Source: Nitrososphaerales archaeon (lineage in GTDB: Archaea > Thermoproteota > Nitrososphaeria > Nitrososphaerales > Gagatemarchaeaceae). From it: a DNA stretch of 64,000 bases. The notes under the pieces were generated by a model. The model worked only from the letters and a program-made list of their open reading frames with translations. It was not told the origin of the DNA and did not search any database. A program made the translations under genes and the position numbers. Positions 1-9,246 of this stretch are shown piece after piece. The number at the start of each line of letters is the position of its first letter. The stretch's first letter is position 1. The stretch is taken from NCBI GenBank assembly GCA_030038365.1, contig JASHPA010000196.1, forward strand, positions 8,900 through 72,899, read 5' to 3'.

Positions 1-67
1 TGCGTGTATCACCGGAAGCGTCCATACCTTTGTGAGCTCGTTCCACGAGCCGTGGATCACCTTGCAT
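1..67 (-). CDS. partial 5' end of an unidentified gene that continues beyond the window
   Basis: Minus-strand ATG at 65-67 opens frame MQGDPRLVERAHKGMDASGDTR, which runs to the window edge. Too short to assign. Confidence 0.2.
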   Translation of the reverse strand, partial: MQGDPRLVERAHKGMDASGDTR

Positions 68-144
68 GAATCGAGGATTTCTTGGTTAATCTGGACGGAC
101 TTGCTCAAGTCAGAATTACCTACTTAGAGGTTCCCAACTACTAC

Positions 145-155
145 ATATATAAATA
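145..155 (+). promoter_or_regulatory. TATA-box-like element upstream of 177..803
   Basis: ATATATAAATA lies 22-32 nt upstream of the ATG at 177. The spacing fits an archaeal promoter with a very short leader. Confidence 0.45.
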
Positions 156-176
156 CGACCGAGGCCTTTCCCTTTA

Positions 177-803
177 ATGAGAACCGCCATGCCCGCTATT
201 CACAAGGACCCGCTCAACGGCCTCGACGTAAGCAACCGGGACCTGGAGGTAATGCGGTTCATCGCGGAGGAGGGGCTCCTGGGCTTCACCTTCGAAGGCC
301 TGAAGAGAAGGCTCGGGACCCATCCGGAGACGCTCTCACGGATACTCAGCAGGCTCGAGGAACAGCACGTGCTCGAGAAGGCAGAAGACGGATACCGTGT
401 GACCGAGAGAGGCAGAGAGGTCACCAGTATGAGGCAGCTCGCGGCCTCTGAGGCTAGAGTCGCGCTCCTCAAGACGCTGCTCCCCCATGTGGAAAACCCG
501 CGCGAGGCTATCCTGAGACTGAAGGGCCGCTGGTTCGGTGCGCTCCGCTGGCTGGGGTACTCTGACGAGGAGAAGGGCATTACCATGAAGTGGATCACGG
601 AGGACGGGAGCATACAGGTGGACGCCATCTTCAGCAATGGGGAGCTAGCGATCGAGGGCAGAATCAGAGAAGGCAGGGACCTCACCGACGCGATAAGGGC
701 GGCGCACCAGCTCGTCGGGTACATATCGAGGGTCTACCCGTCTCCGACAGTCCAGCGGGTCGCCTACTTCAACCTCTACGGGAACTCTCAGACGCCGAAC
801 TGA
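177..803 (+). CDS. winged helix-turn-helix transcriptional regulator (MarR/ArsR/TrmB-like N-terminal domain)
   Basis: 208-aa ORF. N-terminal LEVMRFIAEEGLLGFTFEGLKRRLGTHPETLSRILSRLEEQHVLEKAEDGYRVTERG reads as a wHTH. The C-terminal ~120 aa is unassigned. Confidence 0.65.
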   Translation: MRTAMPAIHKDPLNGLDVSNRDLEVMRFIAEEGLLGFTFEGLKRRLGTHPETLSRILSRLEEQHVLEKAEDGYRVTERGREVTSMRQLAASEARVALLKTLLPHVENPREAILRLKGRWFGALRWLGYSDEEKGITMKWITEDGSIQVDAIFSNGELAIEGRIREGRDLTDAIRAAHQLVGYISRVYPSPTVQRVAYFNLYGNSQTPN

Positions 804-868
804 TGTGACCGGGTCCGGGCAATCCCAGTCAACAAGTACCCCATGTTCTAATATCTCCCAGTCACAAA

Positions 869-1786
869 ATGAGCAGCACAAGTTCAACGGAAATACTGCA
901 GACGCTCTCAAACGCAATACAGCAGGTCGCGGAGAGCGCAAGCCCATCTGTCGTGAGCATCAGCTCCGACGGAGGTAACGGAACAGGAATCGTATGGGAT
1001 GAGGACGGACACATCGTCACGGCATACCACGTCGTACGACGACTGAATGAAGTGCAGGTAACCGCGGGCGGACAGACCCTCACCGCAAAGGTTGTCGGCA
1101 AAGACAGGACATCTGATATCGCACTCCTGAAGGCGGACACGAAGTTACAGCCCATAAAGAGAGGAGACTCCGAGTCGCTCAAGGTGGGCCAGTTCGTGCT
1201 CGCACTAGCGAATGCCTTCGGTCCAAGCGCAAGCGCCACTTCCGGAATAATCACCGGTGTCAAGCGCAACATCGGCGGCTGGTGGGGAGTCCAGATTGAC
1301 GAAGCCATAGTCACCGACGCGCGGGTCAATCCGGGGTACTCTGGAGGGCCACTTGTCGACCCTTCCGGTAAGATGGTCGGCATGAACGTCGCTCTGATAT
1401 CATCAAGGGGAATCGCAATACCCGTTAGCAAGGTCTCGCAGGCCGTCCAGAGGATCGTTTCGGGCGCGCCCACGGGCCGGGCCTATCTCGGGATAGTCTC
1501 CAATCCGGTACAGCTTCCAGAGCAGGCGACTAGGATCCCTGGCGTCAAGCAGGAGTATGGTCTGGTCGTCCTTTCAGTCGAGCCCGGCAGCCCGGCTGAC
1601 AAAGCAGGCCTGATGCTCGGGGACGTTCTCCTTGGACTTGGGAACAACAACATTGAGTCGTTCGGCGACCTGACTAGCCAGCTCAGCCAGGATATTGTCG
1701 GCAAGGCGACGAAACTGAAGGTCCTGCGTGCAGGCAAGCTCGAAGAGCTCACGGTCTCGCCGATTACCGCGCCGGAGAGCGACTAG
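869..1786 (+). CDS. HtrA/DegP-family trypsin-like serine protease with C-terminal PDZ domain
   Basis: 305 aa. Catalytic triad contexts are TAYHVV (His), DIALLK (Asp) and GYSGGPL (Ser). PDZ-like segment GLVVLSVEPGSPADKAGLMLGDVLL. Confidence 0.9.
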   Translation: MSSTSSTEILQTLSNAIQQVAESASPSVVSISSDGGNGTGIVWDEDGHIVTAYHVVRRLNEVQVTAGGQTLTAKVVGKDRTSDIALLKADTKLQPIKRGDSESLKVGQFVLALANAFGPSASATSGIITGVKRNIGGWWGVQIDEAIVTDARVNPGYSGGPLVDPSGKMVGMNVALISSRGIAIPVSKVSQAVQRIVSGAPTGRAYLGIVSNPVQLPEQATRIPGVKQEYGLVVLSVEPGSPADKAGLMLGDVLLGLGNNNIESFGDLTSQLSQDIVGKATKLKVLRAGKLEELTVSPITAPESD

Positions 1787-1856
1787 TCGTGTCGGAACCA
1801 AGGGGTCCTAGGCCGGGACCGACAGTCCCTGAGCCGGGACCACCCGTCAGTCCTCC

Positions 1857-2834
1857 ATGGTGATGACCGAGATGCCACTCACAGAACTCGAGACGCAGGT
1901 CACAAGCGCGGTCGAGAAGCTCAGTGACAGCGTCGTCGGAATCGACAGCACCAAGCTCGCAAGAGACAACCGGTTCGGCATAGTACCCATAGAGGGCCAA
2001 GGCTCCGGAATCATCATCGACTCGCGCGGAACGATTGTAACCAACCACCACGTAATCGACGACGCTGCCAAGGTTCAGGTGAATCTGAGGGACGGCAGGT
2101 CCTTCATCGGGGAAGTGATAGGCTCAGACCCAGCGACAGACGTCGCCCTAGTCAAGGTCAACGCCGAAGACCTCCCCTACGCCACACTTGGCGACTCCGA
2201 GTCGCTGCACGTGGGACAGTTCGCCCTCGCGATAGGCAACGCGCTGGGACTTCCAGGAGCGCCCACGATGTCGCTCGGCGTCATCAGCGCGCTCGGAAGA
2301 CCCCTGCCCGGGACCGACTTCGTCATAGAGGGACTCATCCAGACAGACGCCGCAATCAACCCAGGCAACAGCGGAGGACCGCTCGCTGACCTCGAGGGAA
2401 GGGTCATCGGGATGAACACTGCCATGATACCCTTCGCTCAGGGCGTTGGCTTCGCAATCCCCTCGGAGACTATCAAGAGGATAATCGAGCAAATCTCCAA
2501 GCAGGGACGCGTCATACGCCCGTGGCTGGGAATCTCCGGACTCGATGTCAACCGTTCCGTCGCGAGACGCTACGGTCTCTCAACGGAATCCGGTGTACTC
2601 CTCGCCGAGGTACTGAGAGATGGTCCGGCGTATCGTGCGGGACTGCGGGAGGGCGACATCGTCGTGGGCATCGGTGACGCCAAGGTGCACGACATGAAGA
2701 CCCTTGTCGTGGCACTCACCAAGTCCACAATAGGAGCCGAGGTCATGGTGAGCTTCGTGAGGACGGGTTCGACCTACGAGACGAACCTCAGACTCGCGGA
2801 GAGCCCAGTGCCTGTGGCTCCAAGACGCAGATAA
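1857..2834 (+). CDS. HtrA/DegP-family serine protease with PDZ domain (second tandem paralog)
   Basis: 325 aa. Triad contexts TNHHVI, DVALVKV and GNSGGPL. PDZ-like GVLLAEVLRDGPAYRAGLREGDIVV. Confidence 0.9.
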   Translation: MVMTEMPLTELETQVTSAVEKLSDSVVGIDSTKLARDNRFGIVPIEGQGSGIIIDSRGTIVTNHHVIDDAAKVQVNLRDGRSFIGEVIGSDPATDVALVKVNAEDLPYATLGDSESLHVGQFALAIGNALGLPGAPTMSLGVISALGRPLPGTDFVIEGLIQTDAAINPGNSGGPLADLEGRVIGMNTAMIPFAQGVGFAIPSETIKRIIEQISKQGRVIRPWLGISGLDVNRSVARRYGLSTESGVLLAEVLRDGPAYRAGLREGDIVVGIGDAKVHDMKTLVVALTKSTIGAEVMVSFVRTGSTYETNLRLAESPVPVAPRRR

Positions 2835-2853
2835 TCCAGCTGGACGCGAAGGG

Positions 2854-3075
2854 TCATCGAGCGGCGCCCCGTGCCCTTCTCCCCAGAAGGAATCCTCCGG
2901 CGATTATGATAAGCCCGATTGCCGTTGCCGTAATCCCCTGATAAATCCAGGCAGGGTTGTTGAACATGAACGAACTCTGGGGGCCGACGTATCCTGAGCC
3001 CTGAAGGGTGAAGACGATACCGGCCAGCAGTATCAGCACCCCGACGGCCATGAGCAGCAGCGGAACGGGCCTCAA
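2854..3075 (-). CDS. small membrane protein (two predicted TM helices)
   Basis: 73-aa ORF with two hydrophobic stretches (PLLLMAVGVLILLAGIVF and ITATAIGLIIIAGGFLL) and a basic C-terminus. Confidence 0.45.
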   Translation of the reverse strand: MRPVPLLLMAVGVLILLAGIVFTLQGSGYVGPQSSFMFNNPAWIYQGITATAIGLIIIAGGFLLGRRARGAAR

Positions 3076-3210
3076 CTTCAGGCGCGGAAGTGTACGCGCT
3101 TACTTATGGGTTTGTCAGGATTTCGCGCCCGTTCTCACGTTATATATGTCCAGCGACAATGCCGTGGCCCATTGAAGGCGAGCACGCGGCGCGTCCCTGT
3201 GTCCGGCAAG

Positions 3211-4347
3211 ATGCAGCTGTTCCCAGAGTCGGCCATAAGGGACATGTCGCTGCTAGCCGACGAGCTAGGCGCGATCAACCTCGCCCAGGGCTCGCCAGAT
3301 TTCTCCGCTCCCTTGGCGGTAAAGCGCGCCGGTGCCGCCGCGATCAGGGATGACTACAACCAGTACGAAGTGACGATTGGTTCGTCGGAACTGAGGCGGA
3401 GACTGGCCTCGAAGATGAAGAGCTTCAACAACGTCGCCACCGACCCCGACGAGGAGGTCACCGTCGTATGCGGCTCGACCGAGGGCATAGTTGACGCCAT
3501 CGTCGCGCTGACCGACCCCGGTGACCGAGTCGTGATACCCGAACCATTCTATGAGAGCTACATCCCGGCGACGATAATCTCAGGTGCCCGACCAGTGCAC
3601 TTCCGGATGAGAGAGCCCGACTTCGGACTAGACGAGGAAGCACTGAAGGATGCGTTCCGGAGCAGACCGAAGGCGATAATCATCAACACCCCCAACAATC
3701 CAACCGGCAAAGTCTTGTCCGGAGAGGAGCTGCGGGTCGTCGCAGATCTCTGCACCGACTACGACGTGACGGCGATAACGGACGAGATATACGAATACAT
3801 CACCTACGACTCGAAGAGACACGTCAGCCTCGCCTCGATAGGTGACATGCACGAGAGGACGGTCACTGTCTCCGGCCTCTCAAAGACGTTCAGCGTCACG
3901 GGATGGAGGCTCGGCTACGTCGTGGCCAGCAAGCAGCTCACCAAGGCGATAAGGACAATCCACGACTACACGACGGTCTGCGCTCCGACTCCTCTTCAGA
4001 GGGCCGCGCTGGCCGCGCTCGACCTCCCCGAGTCGTACTACGCGACCCTCGCGAAGACCTACGACAAGAAGAGGAGGTTTATGCTTTCCGCGCTCGAGGA
4101 ACTCGGCTTCAAGTTCAGCCGGCCGGAGGGCGCCTACTATGTCTTCGCTGACTTTTCAGAGATAAGCAACATGGACGATTACGACTTCGCCGAGCACCTC
4201 GCACGCGACGTCGGCGTCGCCACGGTCCCCGGCTCCAGCTTCTACCAGGGCAGAGCAGGCGGAAGGACCAGACTGAGACTTACCTATACGAAGAAGGACG
4301 CCACCCTCAAGGAAGCGGTGGCGCGGATGCGTAAGAAGCTGGCCTGA
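3211..4347 (+). CDS. class I/II PLP-dependent aminotransferase (aspartate/kynurenine aminotransferase-like)
   Basis: The ORF track starts at 3106, but the conserved N-terminus begins at ATG 3211 (MQLFPESAIRDMS..INLAQGSPDF). Motifs NTPNNPTGKV and the PLP-lysine motif SGLSKTFSVTGWRLGY are present. Confidence 0.88.
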   Translation: MQLFPESAIRDMSLLADELGAINLAQGSPDFSAPLAVKRAGAAAIRDDYNQYEVTIGSSELRRRLASKMKSFNNVATDPDEEVTVVCGSTEGIVDAIVALTDPGDRVVIPEPFYESYIPATIISGARPVHFRMREPDFGLDEEALKDAFRSRPKAIIINTPNNPTGKVLSGEELRVVADLCTDYDVTAITDEIYEYITYDSKRHVSLASIGDMHERTVTVSGLSKTFSVTGWRLGYVVASKQLTKAIRTIHDYTTVCAPTPLQRAALAALDLPESYYATLAKTYDKKRRFMLSALEELGFKFSRPEGAYYVFADFSEISNMDDYDFAEHLARDVGVATVPGSSFYQGRAGGRTRLRLTYTKKDATLKEAVARMRKKLA

Positions 4348-4348
4348 G

Positions 4349-4756
4349 CTAAGCTCCGGACATCTTCGTTATCTCGGACCAGAATTCCTCAGGAACCGGC
4401 ATCACCGAGAGCCTCGGTATCCTGAGCAGGACGAAGCCCTCAAACTTCGCGCTCGCTTTCATCTCGACGAGCGTCACGGGTCGGTGAAGCTTCTTCACGG
4501 GCTTCACGTCGACGACGGTAAGCTTTCCTTCCTTGTCGTTCGGGTCCGGATAGGCGTTGGAGATCGCCCTCATGAGGCCGACCACCTGCTTCTCGTCTCC
4601 CGTATGATAGAAGAGAATCTCGTCTCCCTTCTTCACGTCCCTCATGTTCTTCAGCGCGGCATTGTTCTCGACCCCGTCCCATCGCGTGCTGCCGTCCTTC
4701 AACAGCTGGTCGAAGGAGTAGTGGGCCGGCTCCTCCTTAAACAGCCATCGCGCCAT
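4349..4756 (-). CDS. EVE (PUA-like) domain protein
   Basis: 135 aa. MARWLFKEEPAHYSFDQLLKDGSTRWDGVENNAALKNMRDVKKGDEILFYHTG matches the EVE/Thy28-like pattern (W-L-x-K..P..Y..W.GVRN..A.N.. GD...FYHS). Confidence 0.75.
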   Translation of the reverse strand: MARWLFKEEPAHYSFDQLLKDGSTRWDGVENNAALKNMRDVKKGDEILFYHTGDEKQVVGLMRAISNAYPDPNDKEGKLTVVDVKPVKKLHRPVTLVEMKASAKFEGFVLLRIPRLSVMPVPEEFWSEITKMSGA

Positions 4757-4760
4757 GGGG

Positions 4761-6161
4761 TCACGCAGCCTCTACGTACTTTCCCGGGTTCATAATCCTC
4801 TCGCGGTCGAAAACGGCCTTGATCTCCTTCATGAGCCTGAGCGCCTCTTCTCCGTCATGTGCGATAAGCTGTTCCTTCAGGAACTTTGGCTTCTGCATCC
4901 CAACCCCGTGCTCGCCCGTGACGGAACCACCCATCGATATCGCCTGTCTGCATATCTCCTCGAAGGCAGCGTTGGCCGTCTCCCTGCTCTTCTGGTCCTC
5001 CCGCTCGTAGAGTATGGTGGGGTGGACATTGCCGTCGCCGGCGTGCCCGTTAACGGGTATCTTGATGCCGTACTTGGCCGCGACACCCTTGACGAACCTG
5101 AGGAACTCTCCGAGCCTGTCTATGGGCACTACAATGTCCTCGACCTGGATGCCGGTCGCCAGCGTCTTGATCGCCACGTATGCCATGGCCCGCGCCTGGT
5201 AGAACGCTTCCGCCTGTTCCTCGTCTCGGGCCACGATGATCTTCACGGCGCCGCACTCCTGGAATATTTCCTCGGCCACCGGGACCTGCGTCTCTTCTAC
5301 GTCGACCAGCAGGGTCGCCTCCGCCTCGTCGAAGCTCATCTCCAGCTTCTCGTTCAGGGCGTGTATGTTGTCCTTGTCTAGGAACTCGAAGAGATTCGGC
5401 AGTATCCTAGAAGACCTGAGCCTACTTATCACCTCGCCGGCGGACTCCCAATCGCCGAAGGTCACCATGAACCTCTTCGTCTTTACATCAGGAATTGGGA
5501 TTATCTTCAACCATGCCTCCGTCACGACTCCCAGCGTGCCTTCGCTCCCTACCATCAGGTGGACTAGATCGTATCCAGCCCTGTTCTTAGCCAGAGCCTC
5601 GCCGAATTTCACGGCCTTGCCATTGGGAAGCACGACCCGGAGTGCGAGGACCCAGTCCTTCATCGTCCCGTATCTTACACACCGCAGACCTCCCGAACCC
5701 TCGGAAATCGCCCCGCCGACCGTGCAGATGTAGCTGCTAGCTGGGTCCGGCGGGAAGAAGAACCCGTGAGGTTTGAGTTCCTTGTTCAGGTCTTCGAGCG
5801 AAATGCCGGGCTGAACGTGGACGTACCAGTTCACCGTGTCGACCTTGAGGACCCTGTCCATCCTTCTGGTGTCGATTATGATCCCGTTCTCGATGACCGC
5901 TGCCCCGGTGAGACTGCTTCCCGCTCCCCTCGCTATAAGGGGAAAACCTGTCATTGCCGCCAGCCTGACAACCTCGGCGACCTGCCCCTCAGTCAGGGGC
6001 CTGACCACCGCCGCCGGCACTGACTCGTAGTCTGCCATGTCGTGCGCGTAGTCTTCAATCGCCTTTGTCTGTGTGAGGACGTTTTCCCGACCGACTATCC
6101 CAATCAGGCGCGAGACGTTCTCCTCGCCGAGACCACGCATAATGTCCCCGCCTGCCCTCAA
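4761..6161 (-). CDS. FAD-linked oxidase (GlcD / D-lactate dehydrogenase family)
   Basis: 466 aa. It has an FAD-binding PCMH-type N-terminal region (PLIARGAGSSLTGAAV) and a C-terminal GEHGVG motif typical of glycolate oxidase subunit D-like enzymes. Confidence 0.85.
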   Translation of the reverse strand: MRAGGDIMRGLGEENVSRLIGIVGRENVLTQTKAIEDYAHDMADYESVPAAVVRPLTEGQVAEVVRLAAMTGFPLIARGAGSSLTGAAVIENGIIIDTRRMDRVLKVDTVNWYVHVQPGISLEDLNKELKPHGFFFPPDPASSYICTVGGAISEGSGGLRCVRYGTMKDWVLALRVVLPNGKAVKFGEALAKNRAGYDLVHLMVGSEGTLGVVTEAWLKIIPIPDVKTKRFMVTFGDWESAGEVISRLRSSRILPNLFEFLDKDNIHALNEKLEMSFDEAEATLLVDVEETQVPVAEEIFQECGAVKIIVARDEEQAEAFYQARAMAYVAIKTLATGIQVEDIVVPIDRLGEFLRFVKGVAAKYGIKIPVNGHAGDGNVHPTILYEREDQKSRETANAAFEEICRQAISMGGSVTGEHGVGMQKPKFLKEQLIAHDGEEALRLMKEIKAVFDRERIMNPGKYVEAA

Positions 6162-6173
6162 TTACTTAAAACC

Positions 6174-6662
6174 TCACTGCGTTCCCGAGCCGGGAACGTA
6201 TCCTTTCTCCGCCTTGAACTTCAGAGCCTCCAGCCAGAGATAGTGATGGTACCGTACATTTGAGGGCCTCAGCAGGTTGTTCAGGCGCGCCAGCCACCCC
6301 TTCTGATTCTCCTCGGTGAGCACCCGGCATCCGCCCGGCCTTCTCTCGATGAGCCAGGCGTGATAAGCATCGACGCCCTCGAACCGGGCGCTCCAGGCGA
6401 GGCGCTCGTAGAGGGTGAATTCCTCCACAACGGACGAAAGAGTGACTCCGAAGATCCTCCACGTGAACTTGGACCCGGGCCCTAGGTCTGTCTTGCCTCC
6501 CGCTATCATCACCCCTCTCACCGTCGGAAACCACTCCGGCCAGAGGGATGCGCGGACGAGCCAGGCCCAGACCACCTCGGGGTAGGCGTGGATTTCGACC
6601 TCGTTGCTAAGGTGGACGGTGGTGTTATCCGCGTTGTACCTCTCGGGCCAGACTATCCCCAT
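6174..6662 (-). CDS. SRPBCC (START/polyketide cyclase-like) family protein
   Basis: 162 aa. VHLSNEVEIHAYPEVVWAWLVRASLWPEWFP is the typical SRPBCC N-terminal beta-alpha pattern. It lies upstream in the same orientation as the GlcD-like and EVE genes. Confidence 0.55.
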   Translation of the reverse strand: MGIVWPERYNADNTTVHLSNEVEIHAYPEVVWAWLVRASLWPEWFPTVRGVMIAGGKTDLGPGSKFTWRIFGVTLSSVVEEFTLYERLAWSARFEGVDAYHAWLIERRPGGCRVLTEENQKGWLARLNNLLRPSNVRYHHYLWLEALKFKAEKGYVPGSGTQ

Positions 6663-6737
6663 AGTCGTCCGTGGTTCGCACGATCTCGACTACTTTTCCT
6701 TTGCCAGCGCGGGGACATTCGCGAGCTCGACGGCTCT

Positions 6738-6829
6738 TGGCGGGCCCGGCAGGATTTGAACCCGCGACTTCTAGCTCTCCTCCTAGAGGTTAGAAGGCTA
6801 GCGCTCTATCCGTACTGAGCTACGGGCCC
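6738..6829 (-). tRNA. tRNA-Arg(UCU) with a 14-nt intron at the canonical 37/38 position; CCA encoded
   Basis: The reverse complement folds by hand as GGGCCCG TA GCTC AGTACGGATA GAGC G CTAGC CTTCTA[ACCTCTAGGAGGAG]A GCTAG AAGTC GCGGG TTCAAAT CCTGC CGGGCCC G CCA. Confidence 0.85.
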
Positions 6830-6935
6830 TGCTCGCCACGCCTCGGCGTGATTAACATAAGGGTTTGCGGCGGCAGGAAGTCGACGGGCGGACATCCCTT
6901 AAGGCTTTTAATACGAACGGCTCTTTCCGCCGAAC

Positions 6936-8303
6936 GTGGCGTCACCCCGCGGAAAGCTCTTCGGAACCAACGGGGTGCGGTTCAGGCCGGGAATCGATGC
7001 CGACCTCCGGTTCGTGCTTGTTCTCGCCGAATGCATAGGGACATACTTCTCTGAGGGTGACGTGCTGGTCGGAAGGGACGGGAGGCTTTCGGGCGAGTCG
7101 CTTTCTCTTCTTACGACCTCCGGCCTCATGAGCTCGGGAAGAAACGTGGGGGAAACCGGCCTTGTCCCGACTCCCGCACTTCAGTTCGCGACCAGGGCCC
7201 TCGGGTACCGTGGAGGAATCATGGTGACGGCGTCCCACAATCCGCCCGAGTACAATGGCATCAAGGTCATGGGACACGATGGTGTGGAAATTCCCCGGCT
7301 CGACGAGCAGAAGATCGAGCACGTGTACCACGACAACTCCATGCATCGTGCGAACTGGGTCGAGGTAGGTACCAGCCGTCCAGAGCCATCGACTATCAGG
7401 CTGTACCTGCAGGGCATTCTATCACAGGTCAGCACCAAACTCATCTCGGGCAGAAGGTTCTCGGTAGTGGTTGACCCCGGCAACGGGGCGCAGAGCCTGG
7501 CTGCTCCAGCCCTCTTGGACATGTTGGGATGCAAGGTCATCTCGATAAATTCGGTAATCGACGGGAGATTCCCCGCAAGGGGACCGGAGCCCACTCCCGC
7601 CACCCTCGGTGACCTTAGCGCGGCAGTCCGGGCCTCGGGAGCGGACCTGGGTGTGGCCTACGACGGCGACGGAGACAGGGCGATTTTCTGCGATGAGACA
7701 GGCCTTGTCTACTGGGGCGACCAGTCGGGGACGCTCCTCGCAGATTATCTCCTAGAGAGGCGTCCCGGCGGCACGCTCGTAACCCCTGTCAGCTCCTCCC
7801 AGATTGTGGAGGTCGTGGCAGCGAAGCGCCAGGCCAGGGTGATTCGCACGCGGGTGGGCAGCGTTGACGTGTCGAGGACCATAATCGAGCGCGACGCTTT
7901 CTTCGGCTTTGAGGAGAATGGAGGCTGCATCTATCCGGCCCATATCCCTGTGAGAGACGGAGGGATGGCGACGGCCCTGATGCTCGAGTGCCTGGCCGTG
8001 AGGGGCCTGTCGTTCTCGAAGGTCGTCGCAGGCGCGTTCCCACACTTCTATCAGGCGAAGACCAAGGTCCCCGTTGACCCTTCCAAGGTCAAGATGGTCA
8101 TGAAGGCTGTTGAAAGGCAGGCCTCGGGCAAGGTCGAGAAGGTCGACGGACTCAAGGTCTGGACAGACGAGAAGACATGGACACTCATCCGCCCTAGCGG
8201 AACCGAACCTATCGTGAGGATCTTCTGCGAGTCAGATACGGAGTCGAAGGCAGAGGCCGTGATGAGGAAGTTCTCGAAAATAGCAAAGTCAGCCGCTGCC
8301 TAG
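6936..8303 (+). CDS. phosphoglucosamine/phosphomannomutase-family enzyme (alpha-D-phosphohexomutase)
   Basis: 455 aa with a GTG start. Active-site serine loop TASHNPPEYNGIKV, metal loop AYDGDGDR and sugar loop GFEENGG. A TATA-like CTTTTAATAC lies ~25 nt upstream. Confidence 0.88.
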   Translation: MASPRGKLFGTNGVRFRPGIDADLRFVLVLAECIGTYFSEGDVLVGRDGRLSGESLSLLTTSGLMSSGRNVGETGLVPTPALQFATRALGYRGGIMVTASHNPPEYNGIKVMGHDGVEIPRLDEQKIEHVYHDNSMHRANWVEVGTSRPEPSTIRLYLQGILSQVSTKLISGRRFSVVVDPGNGAQSLAAPALLDMLGCKVISINSVIDGRFPARGPEPTPATLGDLSAAVRASGADLGVAYDGDGDRAIFCDETGLVYWGDQSGTLLADYLLERRPGGTLVTPVSSSQIVEVVAAKRQARVIRTRVGSVDVSRTIIERDAFFGFEENGGCIYPAHIPVRDGGMATALMLECLAVRGLSFSKVVAGAFPHFYQAKTKVPVDPSKVKMVMKAVERQASGKVEKVDGLKVWTDEKTWTLIRPSGTEPIVRIFCESDTESKAEAVMRKFSKIAKSAAA

Positions 8304-9244
8304 CTCAGGTGTATCCAGCCTTTTCTGTCGACCGGCGTCCCGTTTCGCATCTCGACGCTTCCCGACTCGGTCACCTTCCCGATGGCCTTGAGCTCCGCGC
8401 CCATCGAACTGGCGACACGTTCTGCCCTCTCGAGCCTCCGTGCGGGAATCGTACCGACTATCTCGTACTCCTCCCCTCCGTAGAGGATAAGTTCCTCGGA
8501 TTTGTAGCCGTTTGCCGCTGCGAACTCCTCGAGTCCTGCGGCGTGCGGCAGCACGTCTACACTGATCCCCACGCCACTCGCCGAGGCGAGAGCGTGAAGG
8601 CAGATGGCCAGACCGTCGCTCGAGTCCATGGCGGATGAGAAGAGACTGCGCAGGGCGACTCCAAGCTTGAGCCGGGGCTCCGGCAGGTAGACGCTCCTCA
8701 GGGATAATCTGCGGAACGCGGCTCCTGCCTTGGCGTTCTCCAAGAGTATCTTCAGTCCCGCCGATACGGTGCCGAAGTCACCGGTCACCACCACGTAATC
8801 TCCCGGTCGGGCGCCTCCTCTTTCGACGATGTGCTTCGCGAAACCCGTCATTATGCAATCGATGATGAGGTCATCGGATTCGTTCGTATCTCCACCTATG
8901 AGTCTGACCCCCCATTCCTCCATCCCGTCCTGGAACCCGCGCACCATCGACCGGACCTCGGTCGGACGCGTCTTCCCGGGGATTCCGAGGGAGAGCATGA
9001 ACGCCCTTGGAGCCACCCCCTTGGACGCGAAATCGCTGACGCACATGGCAAGTGCCTTCCTCCCCGCCTGCCTCCACGTCATCCCGGGAGGAATGTCGGT
9101 CCGGCCGACCAGCATGTCCGCCTTCAGTATCAGCCTGCCCGGGACGGTCTTCATCCAGGCCACATCATCGCCTATCGCGGAGTAATCCGGAGGGAGGCTC
9201 CCGGCGGCTTGCGTCAGGAGAGAGATGATCTCGTACTCGTCCAT
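8300..9244 (-). CDS. thiL: thiamine-monophosphate kinase (AIR synthase-related fold)
   Basis: 314 aa. AIGDDVAWM...LKADMLVGRTD...AGRKALAMCVSDFASKGVAP fits the ThiL pattern (IGDDAA..D.LVE..HF...G.KA...N.SD.AAMGA.P). Confidence 0.78.
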   Translation of the reverse strand: MDEYEIISLLTQAAGSLPPDYSAIGDDVAWMKTVPGRLILKADMLVGRTDIPPGMTWRQAGRKALAMCVSDFASKGVAPRAFMLSLGIPGKTRPTEVRSMVRGFQDGMEEWGVRLIGGDTNESDDLIIDCIMTGFAKHIVERGGARPGDYVVVTGDFGTVSAGLKILLENAKAGAAFRRLSLRSVYLPEPRLKLGVALRSLFSSAMDSSDGLAICLHALASASGVGISVDVLPHAAGLEEFAAANGYKSEELILYGGEEYEIVGTIPARRLERAERVASSMGAELKAIGKVTESGSVEMRNGTPVDRKGWIHLS

Positions 9245-9246
9245 GC

